The notes: generated by a model from the sequence alone, not told the origin. 64,000 nt of DNA from an uncultured delta proteobacterium (GCA_963848135.1 CAWKCK010000004.1:124001-188000), one strand, 5' to 3'; positions 19,971 to 30,529 are shown, counted from the stretch's first letter. Numbers and translations: made by a program.

Positions 19971-20347
19971 ACGCCCAGCCCGAGATGTTGCCGTCACTAC
20001 TGAAGATGATCGCATCCCTGGGAATTGTCCTCGGCGGCCTGCTGCTGACCCTTTGGCTCGTCAGGCGCTTTGTCCAGTCCCGGTCGGGTCGGTTCAACGG
20101 TCAACTGATACGGGTGTTGGCGAGCAGCACGGTCGGCCTGAAAAAGAACATTGCCCTGGTGGAAGTGCCCGGCCAGGTTCTGGTTTTAGGAATGACCGGC
20201 GATCGGATCAGCCTGTTGACGAAAATCGAAGATCCGGAAAGCATCCGCCAGATTCGCGGAGACCTATTGGCCAAACCGGCTATCCCTTTTGCAGAGCACC
20301 TGAATTTTTTTTCTTCCAAGTTCAAAGGCAGTCATGATGGTCGTTAG
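19967..20347 (+). CDS. fliO: FliO
   Basis: TM helix, then IRVLASSTVGLKKNIALVEV...LVLGMT; between fliN and fliP. Confidence 0.9.
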   Translation: MNAQPEMLPSLLKMIASLGIVLGGLLLTLWLVRRFVQSRSGRFNGQLIRVLASSTVGLKKNIALVEVPGQVLVLGMTGDRISLLTKIEDPESIRQIRGDLLAKPAIPFAEHLNFFSSKFKGSHDGR

Positions 20348-21134
20348 GCCGCGCCATTCCGGCAGCCCTGGCGTCCTGGCGACTCTATTGGCGGCGGGCT
20401 TAGTGATGGCCGGCATCGGGTTGTTTTGCCCATCGGCGGGTTGGGCAGAGTCACCGGCCGGATCCCCTCTATTGAGCATTGATCTCAACCAGTCATCTGA
20501 AACCGGCGACATGTCGGTGGTGTTGCAGGTCTTTCTGCTTCTGACCGTTCTTTCGATCGCCCCGGCGATTCTGATCATGGTGACCTCCTTTACCCGGATT
20601 GCCATCGTTTTGTCGGTTTTGCGACGGGCCATCGGCACCCAGACCATGCCGCCCAATCAGGTGATCCTGGGGCTGTCTCTTTTTCTGACTTTTTTTATCA
20701 TGAGCCCGGTGTGGGAAAGAGTGAACCAGGATGCCGTGCAGCCGTATCTGGAAAAACAAATAAACCAGCAACAGGCCCTCGAAAAGGCTTTGACACCGCT
20801 CCGCTCCTTTATGATCAAACAGACCCGCGAAAAGGACCTGGCATTGCTGGTGGAAATTTCAAAGTCTTCCCGACCCAAAAATATCGAAGAGGTGGCCACA
20901 ACCGTACTGATCCCGGCCTTCATTCTGAGCGAACTGAAAACGGCATTTCAGATTTCCTTCATGCTCTACGTTCCGTTCCTGGTGATCGACATGGTGGTGG
21001 CCAGTGTTTTGTTGTCCATGGGTATGATGATGCTTCCGCCAATCATGATTTCATTGCCCTTCAAGCTGATGCTCTTCGTGCTGGCCGATGGCTGGTACCT
21101 GATAGTCGGTTCGCTGGTGAAGAGTTTCGGATAA
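20334..21134 (+). CDS. fliP: FliP
   Basis: TSFTRIAIVLSVLRRAIGTQTMPPNQV, MGMMMLPP, LPFKLMLFVLADGW. Confidence 0.97.
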   Translation: MMVVRPRHSGSPGVLATLLAAGLVMAGIGLFCPSAGWAESPAGSPLLSIDLNQSSETGDMSVVLQVFLLLTVLSIAPAILIMVTSFTRIAIVLSVLRRAIGTQTMPPNQVILGLSLFLTFFIMSPVWERVNQDAVQPYLEKQINQQQALEKALTPLRSFMIKQTREKDLALLVEISKSSRPKNIEEVATTVLIPAFILSELKTAFQISFMLYVPFLVIDMVVASVLLSMGMMMLPPIMISLPFKLMLFVLADGWYLIVGSLVKSFG

Positions 21135-21143
21135 GGAGACGAT

Positions 21144-21414
21144 ATGACGCCGGAATATGTAACCGGGTTTTTCCTGGAAGCGATCAAGACCGCCATCATC
21201 CTAGCGGCCCCGATTCTGCTGGCGGGGCTGGTCGTCGGCATAATTGATCAGTGTCATCCAGGCCGCCACCTCGATAAACGAGATGACCATGACGTTTATT
21301 CCCAAAATGCTGGCAGTGGCGATTGCACTGCTCATTTTTTTCCCCTGGATGCTGCAGGTAATGATCGAATACACTCAGAACCTATTGACCAATTTACCCA
21401 CTGTGATCCGCTGA
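21144..21414 (+). CDS. fliQ: FliQ (one extra base near 21243-21246)
   Basis: APILLAGLVVG, then in the shifted frame ISVIQAATSINEMTMTFIPKML...PWML; span 271 nt = 3n+1. Confidence 0.9.
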
Positions 21415-21439
21415 AAAAGATAACATGAAGACGATGTAG

Positions 21440-22220
21440 ATGACGACCCTTACCATACCTCTCCAGCAGTTGCAGGCCTTCTTTATTGTCTTCGTGCGTG
21501 TGGCGGCCATTGTCGCCAGCATGCCGGTATTCAGCAGCCGCAACATCCCAGTCTTACTGAAAGCCGGTCTGGTGTTGTCGGTCAGTGTCCTTGTTTTTCC
21601 ACGGTTGTCGATCGGGGGGAATCCGTACCAACTCGAGCCCGTTGTCTTTTGGCATCGGACTGGCGGGAGAGGTAATGTTGGGGGTGGCCATCGGGTTGGT
21701 GGCCCAGATGGTTTTTGCCGGTGTGCAGCTGGCCGGGGAACTCGCCGGTTACCAGATGGGGCTTGCCATCGCCAATGTGATCGACCCGGATTCAAGTGCC
21801 CAGATCCCCATGATCTCCCAACTGTATCAGATCTTTGCCGTTCTCATTTTCGTAACGGTCAATGCCCATTACTGGTGCCTGGGAGCACTGATGGAAAGCT
21901 TTCAACTCGTGCCGCCGTTCAGCTTTCACTTGCACAACTCCATTGTGGAGCAACTGATCCGGCTCGGCGGGGATGTTTTCACCATCGGCGTCAAGGTCGG
22001 CGCGCCGGTCATCGTCGTACTGATGTTGACCAGCGTCTCTTTCGGGTTGATTGCCCGCACTGTGCCTCAAATGAACATATTCATCGTTGCCATTCCGCTG
22101 AAAATAATTGTCGGTTTGCTTTTCGTGCTCTTCAGCCTGCCGTATTTTTCGGCCTATTTGCAGCAACTGTTCAGAGTAATGGGAGAGAGTATTATGCGGC
22201 TACTGTCAGCAACACTCTAG
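21440..22220 (+). CDS. fliR: FliR (one extra base near 21638)
   Basis: FVRVAAIVASMPVFS in frame 1; AGELAGYQMGL and IARTVPQMNIF in the shifted frame; span 781 nt. Confidence 0.92.
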
Positions 22221-22518
22221 CCCGAATATTTCATGAAATCTTTTCGCCACAATGAGTAAATTTTAGATACATGACATGAAATGGACGTATTTTGGTCAAA
22301 TTTCAATATTCAACTTATGAATTTTAGAGAAAAGCCGAAAAGTTTTCACCCCTTGGACGCTCCCTGAGGCATCCATTGGCTGCGTTATCCTGCATAGCTG
22401 GATTTCTCGCCTATTTATATGTAATTCGGTGAGTCGTCAGGGACTTGCAGTAGGTATACTACGGCGGCACCCTTGAGTGCCTTGCCATTGAATCCCTCAG
22501 GGACGTGAAATGTCCGGA
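22221..22518. mobile_element. Composite MITE-like element (CCCG-ended family)
   Basis: Left end CCCGAATATTTCATGAAATCTTTT resembles 50607; right part resembles 23644-23767; flanks CTAG/CTAT. Confidence 0.7.
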
Positions 22519-22579
22519 CTATCGCCGCACCGGGCCTACCCGATTCAGACGATTCATTTTTGATAGGGAATAGATCTCG

Positions 22580-23665
22580 ATGGCCGATCGACCCAACCAG
22601 GACCGAACAGAAAAGGCGACGCCTAAGCGGCGGCAGGACGCGCGCAAAAAAGGGCAGGTCGCTCAGAGTCGCGAAATACCTTCGGTGATGATCCTGATGA
22701 TGTCCCTGGGAGTTTTCTTTTTCGGCGGTGGGTGGATGTTCTGGAACCTTTCCGGATATATGGCAGAAGCCCTGAGAGGCGCGGCCTTATTTCAATTGGC
22801 CGATGTCGACAGTGCCGGGATTTTTCTGGTCGATACCTTTCGGATTACCTTCAAGATACTTTCGCCATTGATGCTGGTGGTTTTCGTGGCCGGATTGGCC
22901 GGCAATGTTGCCCAGTTCGGTTTTCTGTTCAGCTCTGAAGCCCTGGCTCCCAAGTGGAACAAGTTGAACCCGGTCAGTGGTTTCAAGCGGGTGATTTCGC
23001 TGCGCTCCCTGGTCGAGCTGGTCAAATCGGTGACCAAAATTCTCTTTGTTGCCGCAATCGCCTATCTACTGCTCCGAAAAGAGCTCGATTTGATTCCGTC
23101 ACTGACACAGCAGAGTGTCGGATACATCCTGTCTTTTGTCGCCCGGGTGGCGTTTAAAATCTGCCTGAACGTGAGCCTGGCCTTGGGTGTATTGGCCATC
23201 ATAGACTATGCCTATCAGCGCTGGGAACACGAGAAAGGCTTGAAAATGACCAAGCAGGAGGTCAAGGACGAGTTCAAGCAGACCGAGGGTGACCCGAAGG
23301 TCAAATCACGGATCCGAAGTATCCAGTTGGAAACCGCCAGGCAACGGATGATGGAGGCGGTTCCGATGGCCGACGTGGTCATTACCAACCCGACCCATCT
23401 GGCCGTGGCGATCCGTTTCGATGCCGCTGCCATGTTGGCCCCCCAGGTGGTTGCCAAGGGCGCCGGGTACGTTGCCGAACGAATCAAGCAGGTTGCGTCC
23501 GAGCACGATGTACCGCGGGTTGAAGACAAACCGTTGGCGCGCACCCTTTTTAAGATCGTCGATATCGGCGATACCATTCCTGTCGACCTCTACAAAGCGG
23601 TCGCCGAAGTGCTGGCCTATGTCTATCGCCTGCGAGGCATGCGGCCGAACATTTCACGCCCCTGA
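22580..23665 (+). CDS. flhB: FlhB
   Basis: RTEKATPKRR, KMTKQEVKDEFKQTEGDP, ITNPTH autocleavage motif. Confidence 0.97.
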   Translation: MADRPNQDRTEKATPKRRQDARKKGQVAQSREIPSVMILMMSLGVFFFGGGWMFWNLSGYMAEALRGAALFQLADVDSAGIFLVDTFRITFKILSPLMLVVFVAGLAGNVAQFGFLFSSEALAPKWNKLNPVSGFKRVISLRSLVELVKSVTKILFVAAIAYLLLRKELDLIPSLTQQSVGYILSFVARVAFKICLNVSLALGVLAIIDYAYQRWEHEKGLKMTKQEVKDEFKQTEGDPKVKSRIRSIQLETARQRMMEAVPMADVVITNPTHLAVAIRFDAAAMLAPQVVAKGAGYVAERIKQVASEHDVPRVEDKPLARTLFKIVDIGDTIPVDLYKAVAEVLAYVYRLRGMRPNISRP

Positions 23666-23767
23666 GGCATCCATTGGCGGCGTTATCAAGGGCTTGCAGT
23701 AGGTTTACTACGGCTGCACCCTTGAGTGCCTTGCCAATGAATCCCACAGGGGCGTGAAATAGCCGGA
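23644..23767 (-). mobile_element. Palindromic MITE-like element overlapping the flhB 3' end
   Basis: CCGAACATTTCACGCCCCTG ... CAGGGGCGTGAAATAGCCGG; interior nearly identical to part of 22360-22518. Confidence 0.7.
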
Positions 23768-23788
23768 TGCACTGACCTAACCGCGCCC

Positions 23789-23843
23789 CGGCTCAACCGG
23801 CTCAACCGGCTCAACGAGCTCAACCGACTCAACTGACCCAACT
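23789..23843. repeat. Degenerate 9-mer tandem repeat (GGCTCAACC-like)
   Basis: ggctcaacc ggctcaacc ggctcaacg agctcaacc gactcaact gacccaact. Confidence 0.7.
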
Positions 23844-24048
23844 GGCCACTATCCAGAAGATTTCCTGAGTTTTTTGGATAGTGTCAAAGATTCCGCACGC
23901 GAGTGTCAATGTTTCATCATTTTGACGTCATTTGGATGCGGCTTCGAAAATGGCCGCTTCGGGTACAAGACAAAATCGGTTCCCGTTTTCCGCGGCATTC
24001 TGCCCGTGGCGTCGGCTGCCATGTTAGCCAGCGAATAGACCGACTGTT

Positions 24049-24064
24049 AGGCATGAAAAGTGCA
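24049..24064 (+). promoter_or_regulatory. Sigma54 promoter of the flhA operon
   Basis: AGGCATG-AAAA-GTGCA; TTCA-N6-TGAC box at 23913-23926. Confidence 0.55.
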
Positions 24065-24168
24065 ATGTTTCCTGCAATGTCATAGCGACAGCTATCTGCC
24101 TGACACGATTGACCCGTTCAACTCACTGCTGAAAAAACGCGACACTATTGAAGTAGAGTCAAATAACC

Positions 24169-26271
24169 ATGGAGCTCGTTAAGGAAACAAACTACGCTGG
24201 ACCCGTACCGCTTATATCTAAAAACAGCGACGTGTTCATGGCTGTTGCCGTGGTGGGGATCCTGGTGTTCATGGTTATTCCGCTGCCGGCGATGATTCTC
24301 GATCTGCTTCTGGCCTTCAACATCACCTGTTCCCTGGTCATTCTGCTGGCCGGAATGTACATTTTGAGACCACTCGAACTTTCCTCCTTCCCATCGATAC
24401 TTCTGCTGGCCACACTTTTTCGTCTATCGCTGAACGTTGCCTCCACCCGCATCATCCTTCTCAACGGACACGAAGGGGTCACGGCGGCCGGTAAAGTCAT
24501 CAAGGCCTTCGGCGGTTTCGTGGTCGGTGGCAATTATGTTGTCGGCATTATCGTCTTTCTAATCCTTGTTATCATCAATTTCATGGTGATCACCAAGGGT
24601 GCCGGCCGTATCGCCGAAGTGGCCGCCCGTTTTACGTTGGATGCCATGCCCGGCAAGCAGATGAGCATCGACGCGGACTTGAACGCTGGCATTATCAACG
24701 AGGAAGAGGCCAAGACCAGAAGGGAACTGATTTCCAGGGAAGCCGAATACTATGGCGCCATGGACGGTGCCAACAAGTTCGTGCGTGGTGATGCGATCGC
24801 CGGTATCGTCATCACTTTGATCAACATCCTGGGGGGGTTGGCCATCGGGGTATTGCAGAACGGGATGAGTTTTTCCCATGCCGCCGAGAATTATACGCTT
24901 CTCACCGTCGGCGACGGACTGGTCACCCAGATTCCGGCACTGGTTATTTCGACTGCGGCCGGTCTTATTGTCAGCCGGGCCGGATCTGAATCGAGCCTCG
25001 GAAAGGAAATAACGTCCCAGGTCCTGGTACAGCCCAGAGCGATCGGTCTTGCCGCGGCGGTGATTTTCGGTTTCGGTCTTGTGCCGGGTCTTCCGACAAT
25101 ACCTTTCGTGATCCTGGCGCTGTCAGCCGCCGGGCTGGCCCTGACTGTTTACCAGGCGGGCAAGAAGAGCGAACAGGAGGCCGAAGACACCGAATTGGCG
25201 GAAACCGAATCGCTACCCGCCAGTCGGTTGGAGAATCTATTGCCCTTGGATATCTTGGCCCTGGAGGTCGGCTACGGCCTGATACCCCTGGTGGATACCG
25301 AGCAGAACGGTGAATTGCTCGAGCGCATCAAGACGATCCGGCGCCAGTTCGCCCAGGAACTCGGCATCGTGGTCGCACCGATCCATATACAGGACAACAT
25401 TCGCCTGAAGCCAGGGGAGTATAGCATCTTGTTGAAAGGCAACGAGGTCACCCGCGGCGAACTCATGGTCAACAACTACCTGGCCATGGATCCCGGCACA
25501 GTGGAAAAGAAGGTTGACGGGGTGGAAACCAAGGAACCGACCTACGGTCTGCCGGCCCTGTGGATCAAAGAAGAAGCCAAAGAGAGGGCGATCGCCAACG
25601 GTTATACGGTGGTGAATTCGGCGACCGTAATGACCACCCACCTTTCAGATGTCATCCGCCGGCACGCCCATGAACTATTGGGGCGGCAGGAGGTGCAGGA
25701 ACTCCTCGAAAACATCAAGGATACCCACCCCAAAGTGGTCGAGGAGCTGGTACCCAATCTGTTGCCTCTGGGAGCGGTCGTAAAAGTGCTGCAGAATCTT
25801 CTGAGGGAGCAGATTCCGGTTCGGGATCTCTTGGCGATTCTGGAGACCTTGGCCGATTGGGCGCCCATGACCAAGGATACAGACATACTGACCGAATACG
25901 TCAGACAGGCATTGGCCCGGACGATTACCCGCATGCATCAGCTGGATACCGGCGACATTGCGATAATCAATCTGGGACAGGGCCTGGAGAACACCCTGGC
26001 CGAAGGGATGAAAAAAGCCGAGCACGGGCATTACCTGATTCTCAGCCCCTCGGTTATCGAAAGGATTGTCCGTCTACTGGCAGCCCAGGTGGAAAAGTTC
26101 TATCCGCTCAACACCCGTCCGATCGTCCTGTGTTCGGCACATGTCCGGCCCTATTTCAAGCGGTTGATGGACCGGTATATTGCCGACCTGACGGTCCTTT
26201 CATATGACGAATTGCTGCCGAACATCAAACTCCGGTCCCTGGGGACTGTGGAACTGAAAGATGCAGATTAA
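24169..26271 (+). CDS. flhA: FlhA
   Basis: RIAEVAARFTLDAMPGKQMSIDADL, YGAMDGANKFVRGDAIAG. Confidence 0.98.
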   Translation: MELVKETNYAGPVPLISKNSDVFMAVAVVGILVFMVIPLPAMILDLLLAFNITCSLVILLAGMYILRPLELSSFPSILLLATLFRLSLNVASTRIILLNGHEGVTAAGKVIKAFGGFVVGGNYVVGIIVFLILVIINFMVITKGAGRIAEVAARFTLDAMPGKQMSIDADLNAGIINEEEAKTRRELISREAEYYGAMDGANKFVRGDAIAGIVITLINILGGLAIGVLQNGMSFSHAAENYTLLTVGDGLVTQIPALVISTAAGLIVSRAGSESSLGKEITSQVLVQPRAIGLAAAVIFGFGLVPGLPTIPFVILALSAAGLALTVYQAGKKSEQEAEDTELAETESLPASRLENLLPLDILALEVGYGLIPLVDTEQNGELLERIKTIRRQFAQELGIVVAPIHIQDNIRLKPGEYSILLKGNEVTRGELMVNNYLAMDPGTVEKKVDGVETKEPTYGLPALWIKEEAKERAIANGYTVVNSATVMTTHLSDVIRRHAHELLGRQEVQELLENIKDTHPKVVEELVPNLLPLGAVVKVLQNLLREQIPVRDLLAILETLADWAPMTKDTDILTEYVRQALARTITRMHQLDTGDIAIINLGQGLENTLAEGMKKAEHGHYLILSPSVIERIVRLLAAQVEKFYPLNTRPIVLCSAHVRPYFKRLMDRYIADLTVLSYDELLPNIKLRSLGTVELKDAD

Positions 26272-27640
26272 ACGTTTTCAGGCCGCGACGATGGCCGATG
26301 CGCTGGAACGCGTCAAAAGTGAACTGGGGCCCGAAGCCGTTATTCTCTCAGCGTGCAGTCAAAAAAATGGCAAAGGGTTATTCGCACCGTTCAAAAAGAC
26401 CGCTGTTGAGGTGACCGCAGCCGGCAACGGCCCGCTTCCGCCGTCGGAATCCAACCGGTCGCAAGCCGAATCAGAAAATGTCACCTTAACCCGCAGATCG
26501 TATCCGGCAATTGCCCGACGGCGGTCGCGGCCAAGATTGACTGAAAGAATTTCGTACAGCACGCCCCACAAAACTGTTCGAACCCCTGACGATCGAATAC
26601 CCCCTGATCGGTTGGCCGCCCGTCAAGGGGAAGGCGAGCCGAACGGGGCGAGTTATCATTGGCTCTACCGGCGGTTAGTGGATCAAGGGGTTGAGGACGC
26701 ATATGCCCGGGAGATGATGACCGCGGCCCGGCTGGTCGCAGGTCCTGTTGACCAGGAGCCCGCAAGCCCTTCCGCCCCGCTCGGCGGCATTCTCGAGAAA
26801 ATGGGCATTAGCGCCCAACCACCGGACATCGAAGGCGATGAACCCCGATGCATTGCCGTGGTCGGTGCCACCGGCGTTGGTAAAACTACGGCGATATCCA
26901 AACTGGCAGCGGCATATACCTTGGATGAAAACCAGCGTGTCGCACTGATATCACTGGACAATATCCGTGTGGCCGCATCGGATCAGCTTCAGGTATTTAC
27001 CGATATTATCGGGGTTCCAATGGAAACGGTTGCTGACACAACCGCGCTCGAAAGCGCGTTGGATAAATTCCGGCAACACGACCTGATCCTGATCGACACG
27101 CCTGGACTGTGTTTTCGCAATGCCGATCAGGTAAACGTCCTGGCCGATTGGTTTGATACCATCGGACAATTGGAGGTACACTTCCTCATGAGCGCGACGA
27201 ACCGTTTGCGCGACAATCTGCACCTGTATGACCGCCTGGCCGGCATTCGCATTGACCGGTTGATGTTCTCCAAGATCGACGAAACGGTGTACTTTGGCGA
27301 TATCCTCAACGCGCTGCTGCGGCTTCAGCTGCCGATCTCATTTTTCTTCGACGGGGCGGCGGGGCCGGATGGTGTCAAGAAGGCGGACCTGGATGTTCTG
27401 ACAGATTTATTGACCGCCGAGGTGAACCCTGACAGCCGCCGATATGAACCGGGGAGCGATCGAGGCAGTCGGTCCGTCCAACCGGTACCCATGCGATGGC
27501 TACCGCTGCCAGATGAAATCGAAGAATTCTCCGATTTGGAAGACTCGACAGGCGGCGATCAGATCCAAACAGACCGAGGCAGGAACCCATCGAGATTCTT
27601 TCGTTTCAACGGGAAAAATAAAAGGTACACAACCGCATGA
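26261..27640 (+). CDS. flhF: SRP-family GTPase FlhF
   Basis: MQIKRFQAATMADALERVKSELGPEAVILS; GATGVGKTT, DTPG, KIDET. Confidence 0.92.
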   Translation: MQIKRFQAATMADALERVKSELGPEAVILSACSQKNGKGLFAPFKKTAVEVTAAGNGPLPPSESNRSQAESENVTLTRRSYPAIARRRSRPRLTERISYSTPHKTVRTPDDRIPPDRLAARQGEGEPNGASYHWLYRRLVDQGVEDAYAREMMTAARLVAGPVDQEPASPSAPLGGILEKMGISAQPPDIEGDEPRCIAVVGATGVGKTTAISKLAAAYTLDENQRVALISLDNIRVAASDQLQVFTDIIGVPMETVADTTALESALDKFRQHDLILIDTPGLCFRNADQVNVLADWFDTIGQLEVHFLMSATNRLRDNLHLYDRLAGIRIDRLMFSKIDETVYFGDILNALLRLQLPISFFFDGAAGPDGVKKADLDVLTDLLTAEVNPDSRRYEPGSDRGSRSVQPVPMRWLPLPDEIEEFSDLEDSTGGDQIQTDRGRNPSRFFRFNGKNKRYTTA

Positions 27641-28545
27641 ACGACAATGATTCGTCAACCAATGTCATCCAGATTACCAAGAGAATTGGAGAAAAACGCG
27701 TGATGGCAGAAACGGCAATTCAAAACAGTGCGGAATCCGCAACCCGTGTTATCGCTATTACCAGCGGTAAGGGTGGTGTCGGTAAAACCAACATCGTGGC
27801 GAACCTCGGCCACACCCTGTCCAGCTTGGGCAAGAAGGTGCTTATCCTCGATGCTGACTGGGGTTTGGGTAACCTCGATGTACTGCTTGGTCTGGCTCCC
27901 AAATACAACCTTTCACACGTGATTGCAGGGGAGAAAAGTATTCCCGAAGTCATCGTCAACGGCCCCGGGGACATGAAAATACTTCCGGCATCTTCAGGTA
28001 TTCAGGAGTTGACCAGTCTGACCTTCGATCAGAAAGTCAGGGTCTTGACCCAGCTCGATCTACTGGTCGATTCGGTCGATATTCTGCTTATCGACACCGC
28101 TGCCGGCATTTCCACAAATGTCATGGATTTTAACGTGACCGCCCAGGAAATCATGGTCGTCGTATCGCCCGAACCGACGTCGTTGACCGACGCCTATGCC
28201 CTCATGAAGGTCCTGTCTGTAAAATATGGGGCCAAGAGCTGCAAGCTGCTTGTCAACCAGGCCGGCAGCGTGCAGGAGGCGCTCGATATTTATCGCCAGC
28301 TCGATATGGTGGTCAAGAAATTCCTCGACATTTCCACCGAGTATGTCGGCTGTGTTCTTTACGACGACAAAGTGCGGCAGGGGGTCAGGCGACAGAAAAT
28401 CGTGACCGAAACGTATCCGGGATGCAAGGCCAGCCGTTGCTTTGCCGCTCTTGCCAAGCGTATAGCCAGCATGCCGGTATCAAAAATGCCGTGTGGAGAT
28501 TCTAATTTCTTCTGGGACCATTTGAACAAGAACAAACTGGCTTAG
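27637..28545 (+). CDS. flhG: MinD-like ATPase FlhG/FleN
   Basis: ITSGKGGVGKTN, DADWGLGNLD, PEPTSLTDAYALMK. Confidence 0.95.
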   Translation: MNDNDSSTNVIQITKRIGEKRVMAETAIQNSAESATRVIAITSGKGGVGKTNIVANLGHTLSSLGKKVLILDADWGLGNLDVLLGLAPKYNLSHVIAGEKSIPEVIVNGPGDMKILPASSGIQELTSLTFDQKVRVLTQLDLLVDSVDILLIDTAAGISTNVMDFNVTAQEIMVVVSPEPTSLTDAYALMKVLSVKYGAKSCKLLVNQAGSVQEALDIYRQLDMVVKKFLDISTEYVGCVLYDDKVRQGVRRQKIVTETYPGCKASRCFAALAKRIASMPVSKMPCGDSNFFWDHLNKNKLA

Positions 28546-28566
28546 CCCGAATATTTCATGAATATT
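28546..28566. repeat. Isolated end of the CCCG-ended MITE family
   Basis: TTAG|CCCGAATATTTCATGAATATT directly after the flhG stop. Confidence 0.65.
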
Positions 28567-28600
28567 ATCGTTTTGAAACTGGATGTGGAGATACGACCTT

Positions 28601-29356
28601 ATGAAACTCGCTGAAATGCGCACACCGGTGTCAAATGAACACCCGCTGCCGTCGCGAGAACAATTGATCCTCAAATACCTGCCGTATGTCAAACGGATCG
28701 TTAACAGGATCGCCATTCATTTACCGCCGAACGTTGACACCGAAGATTTGATGAATGTGGGTGTGATCGGCTTGATCCAGGCGATAGACCGCTACGACGA
28801 CAGCCGTGACAACAAATTTACGACATATGCGGCCTTTCGGATTCGGGGTGCGGTTCTCAGTGAACTGCGCTCACGGGACTATCTCTCCCGGTCGAATCGT
28901 AAGAAAATCCGCGAGCTCGATAGAATGGTCCTGAAGCTGGAGCAGAAACTTGACCGCGAAGTCGAAGACGATGAGGTCGCTGCGGCAATGGATATCGATC
29001 TGGAAGAACTATACCAGATCAAACAGATGTCGAGCATTTCGTTTATCAGTTTCGAAGAGTTGGGATATACTACCGCACGTGACAAACAAAAGCTCGCCCG
29101 GGGTCTGATGGAGAACAGTGAAGACATCCTGGCCCGGGCCGGTATGAAGGAGCTGCAGTCGGCGCTGGCGGAGGCGATTGACGAGCTGCCCGAAAAGGAG
29201 AAGCTCGTTCTTTCTTTGTACTACACCGATGAATTGACGATGAAAGAGACCGGTGAGGTCATCGGGGTTACCGAATCGAGGGTCTCTCAGCTTCACTCTC
29301 AAGCGATCATCCGACTCCGTTCCAAGCTGAGAAAGAAAAAATTGATCGATAGTTGA
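28601..29356 (+). CDS. fliA: Flagellar sigma factor FliA (sigma28); start uncertain
   Basis: YLPYVKRIV, RIRGAVLSELRSRD, ELTMKETGEVIGVTESRVSQLHSQA. Confidence 0.95.
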   Translation: MKLAEMRTPVSNEHPLPSREQLILKYLPYVKRIVNRIAIHLPPNVDTEDLMNVGVIGLIQAIDRYDDSRDNKFTTYAAFRIRGAVLSELRSRDYLSRSNRKKIRELDRMVLKLEQKLDREVEDDEVAAAMDIDLEELYQIKQMSSISFISFEELGYTTARDKQKLARGLMENSEDILARAGMKELQSALAEAIDELPEKEKLVLSLYYTDELTMKETGEVIGVTESRVSQLHSQAIIRLRSKLRKKKLIDS

Positions 29357-29438
29357 ACCATTGTGACATACCCACTCGGCCGCCCTGAAGAACACCCGGT
29401 CCTCGCATTGGCGTAAACCGTTCTCGAGGTGTCCGGTC

Positions 29439-29723
29439 ATGGTCGAGAAAATACATACCAGAAATCAGTGGGCCAGAATTTCGTCTGCAACCGCCGTTAA
29501 AAAGGTGAAAAAGCGCCGGGCCAATGACGGTAAAAAAGACTTTTTCAAGAATTTTGATAAGAGATACGCTGCCAAGGGAGAAAAAGAATCCGATGGAATG
29601 CAATCAGTCGAAGAAGATCAGAAGCAAACTCATGGAGTTGAATCTTCCGAAGGCGCCCAAGAAAAAAGGGCAAAGGGGCTGCGGAAGAAAGGCCTGGGAG
29701 ACAGTATCGACATCCATATCTGA
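29439..29723 (+). CDS. Small charged hypothetical protein
   Basis: 94-aa ORF with SD GAGGT; C-terminal LGDSIDIHI. Confidence 0.7.
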   Translation: MVEKIHTRNQWARISSATAVKKVKKRRANDGKKDFFKNFDKRYAAKGEKESDGMQSVEEDQKQTHGVESSEGAQEKRAKGLRKKGLGDSIDIHI

Positions 29724-29738
29724 GCTTGAGGTGAGACC

Positions 29739-30407
29739 ATGTCAGCGCTGATACAGCGGTTTTTAGATTCCGAACTCATCCATTCGATCCAGAAGTTTAC
29801 CGGCGTGGCTTGGGTGCATATCTCGTCACTGGCAAACGAGACGGCGCAATCGGGACCAATCCTCGATCTAGCTGGCATCACCCTGTGCGCAATGATCATC
29901 GTCTATCTGGTGGTCAACCGTATCAAGTACCGCCAGTTTCTCCTGGACGATCGGCTGGTATCCAATTTCCGATCCGACTTTTCGGCTGAAGTCATTACCC
30001 GGATGATCGGGCAGCAGACCGAAAACTCTTTTGCCGCCATTGTCCGGGCGATCTACAACGAGCGTGAGCGGTTGCAGAACTGGGCCCAGGAGAGCCTGCT
30101 TGCGGCTGGAGAGACGCTATTCGTATCTGAAAGTCCGTGCAGTCAAGAGGCTCCGGCCACGAACGACCTTACCGACGCAGAATCGGCCGCCATCCGCTAC
30201 CAGGAGATCGCCAAACTCGCAGCCGCCGGAATGGGGGTAAACGAAATCGCCAGCGTCGTCAAACGACCGCAGGCTGAAATCGATCTTTGCCTTAGCCTGG
30301 AACGACGGCGGGTGGTCAATGGAGATGACGCCCCAGCGGAAAATATTGCATCCCGAGGCAAAAATTTCCGTTTGATTTCGGGAAACCGGGTCAACAGCCA
30401 GGCTTAG
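29739..30407 (+). CDS. Membrane-anchored DUF2802/SwrB-like flagellar accessory protein
   Basis: TM helix, then HTH-like YQEIAKLAAAGMGVNEIASVVKRPQAEIDL; downstream of fliA. Confidence 0.6.
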   Translation: MSALIQRFLDSELIHSIQKFTGVAWVHISSLANETAQSGPILDLAGITLCAMIIVYLVVNRIKYRQFLLDDRLVSNFRSDFSAEVITRMIGQQTENSFAAIVRAIYNERERLQNWAQESLLAAGETLFVSESPCSQEAPATNDLTDAESAAIRYQEIAKLAAAGMGVNEIASVVKRPQAEIDLCLSLERRRVVNGDDAPAENIASRGKNFRLISGNRVNSQA

Positions 30408-30529
30408 CCGACCGGCGAAAGACGGCCGAATGTGGTTTTTATTGAAAAAATACACCAAATATCAGCCAGGGCGGCAATTATCGATGAAGATAAGCGAAGA
30501 GTCTTGTCAATCTCAGCATGGGAATATCG

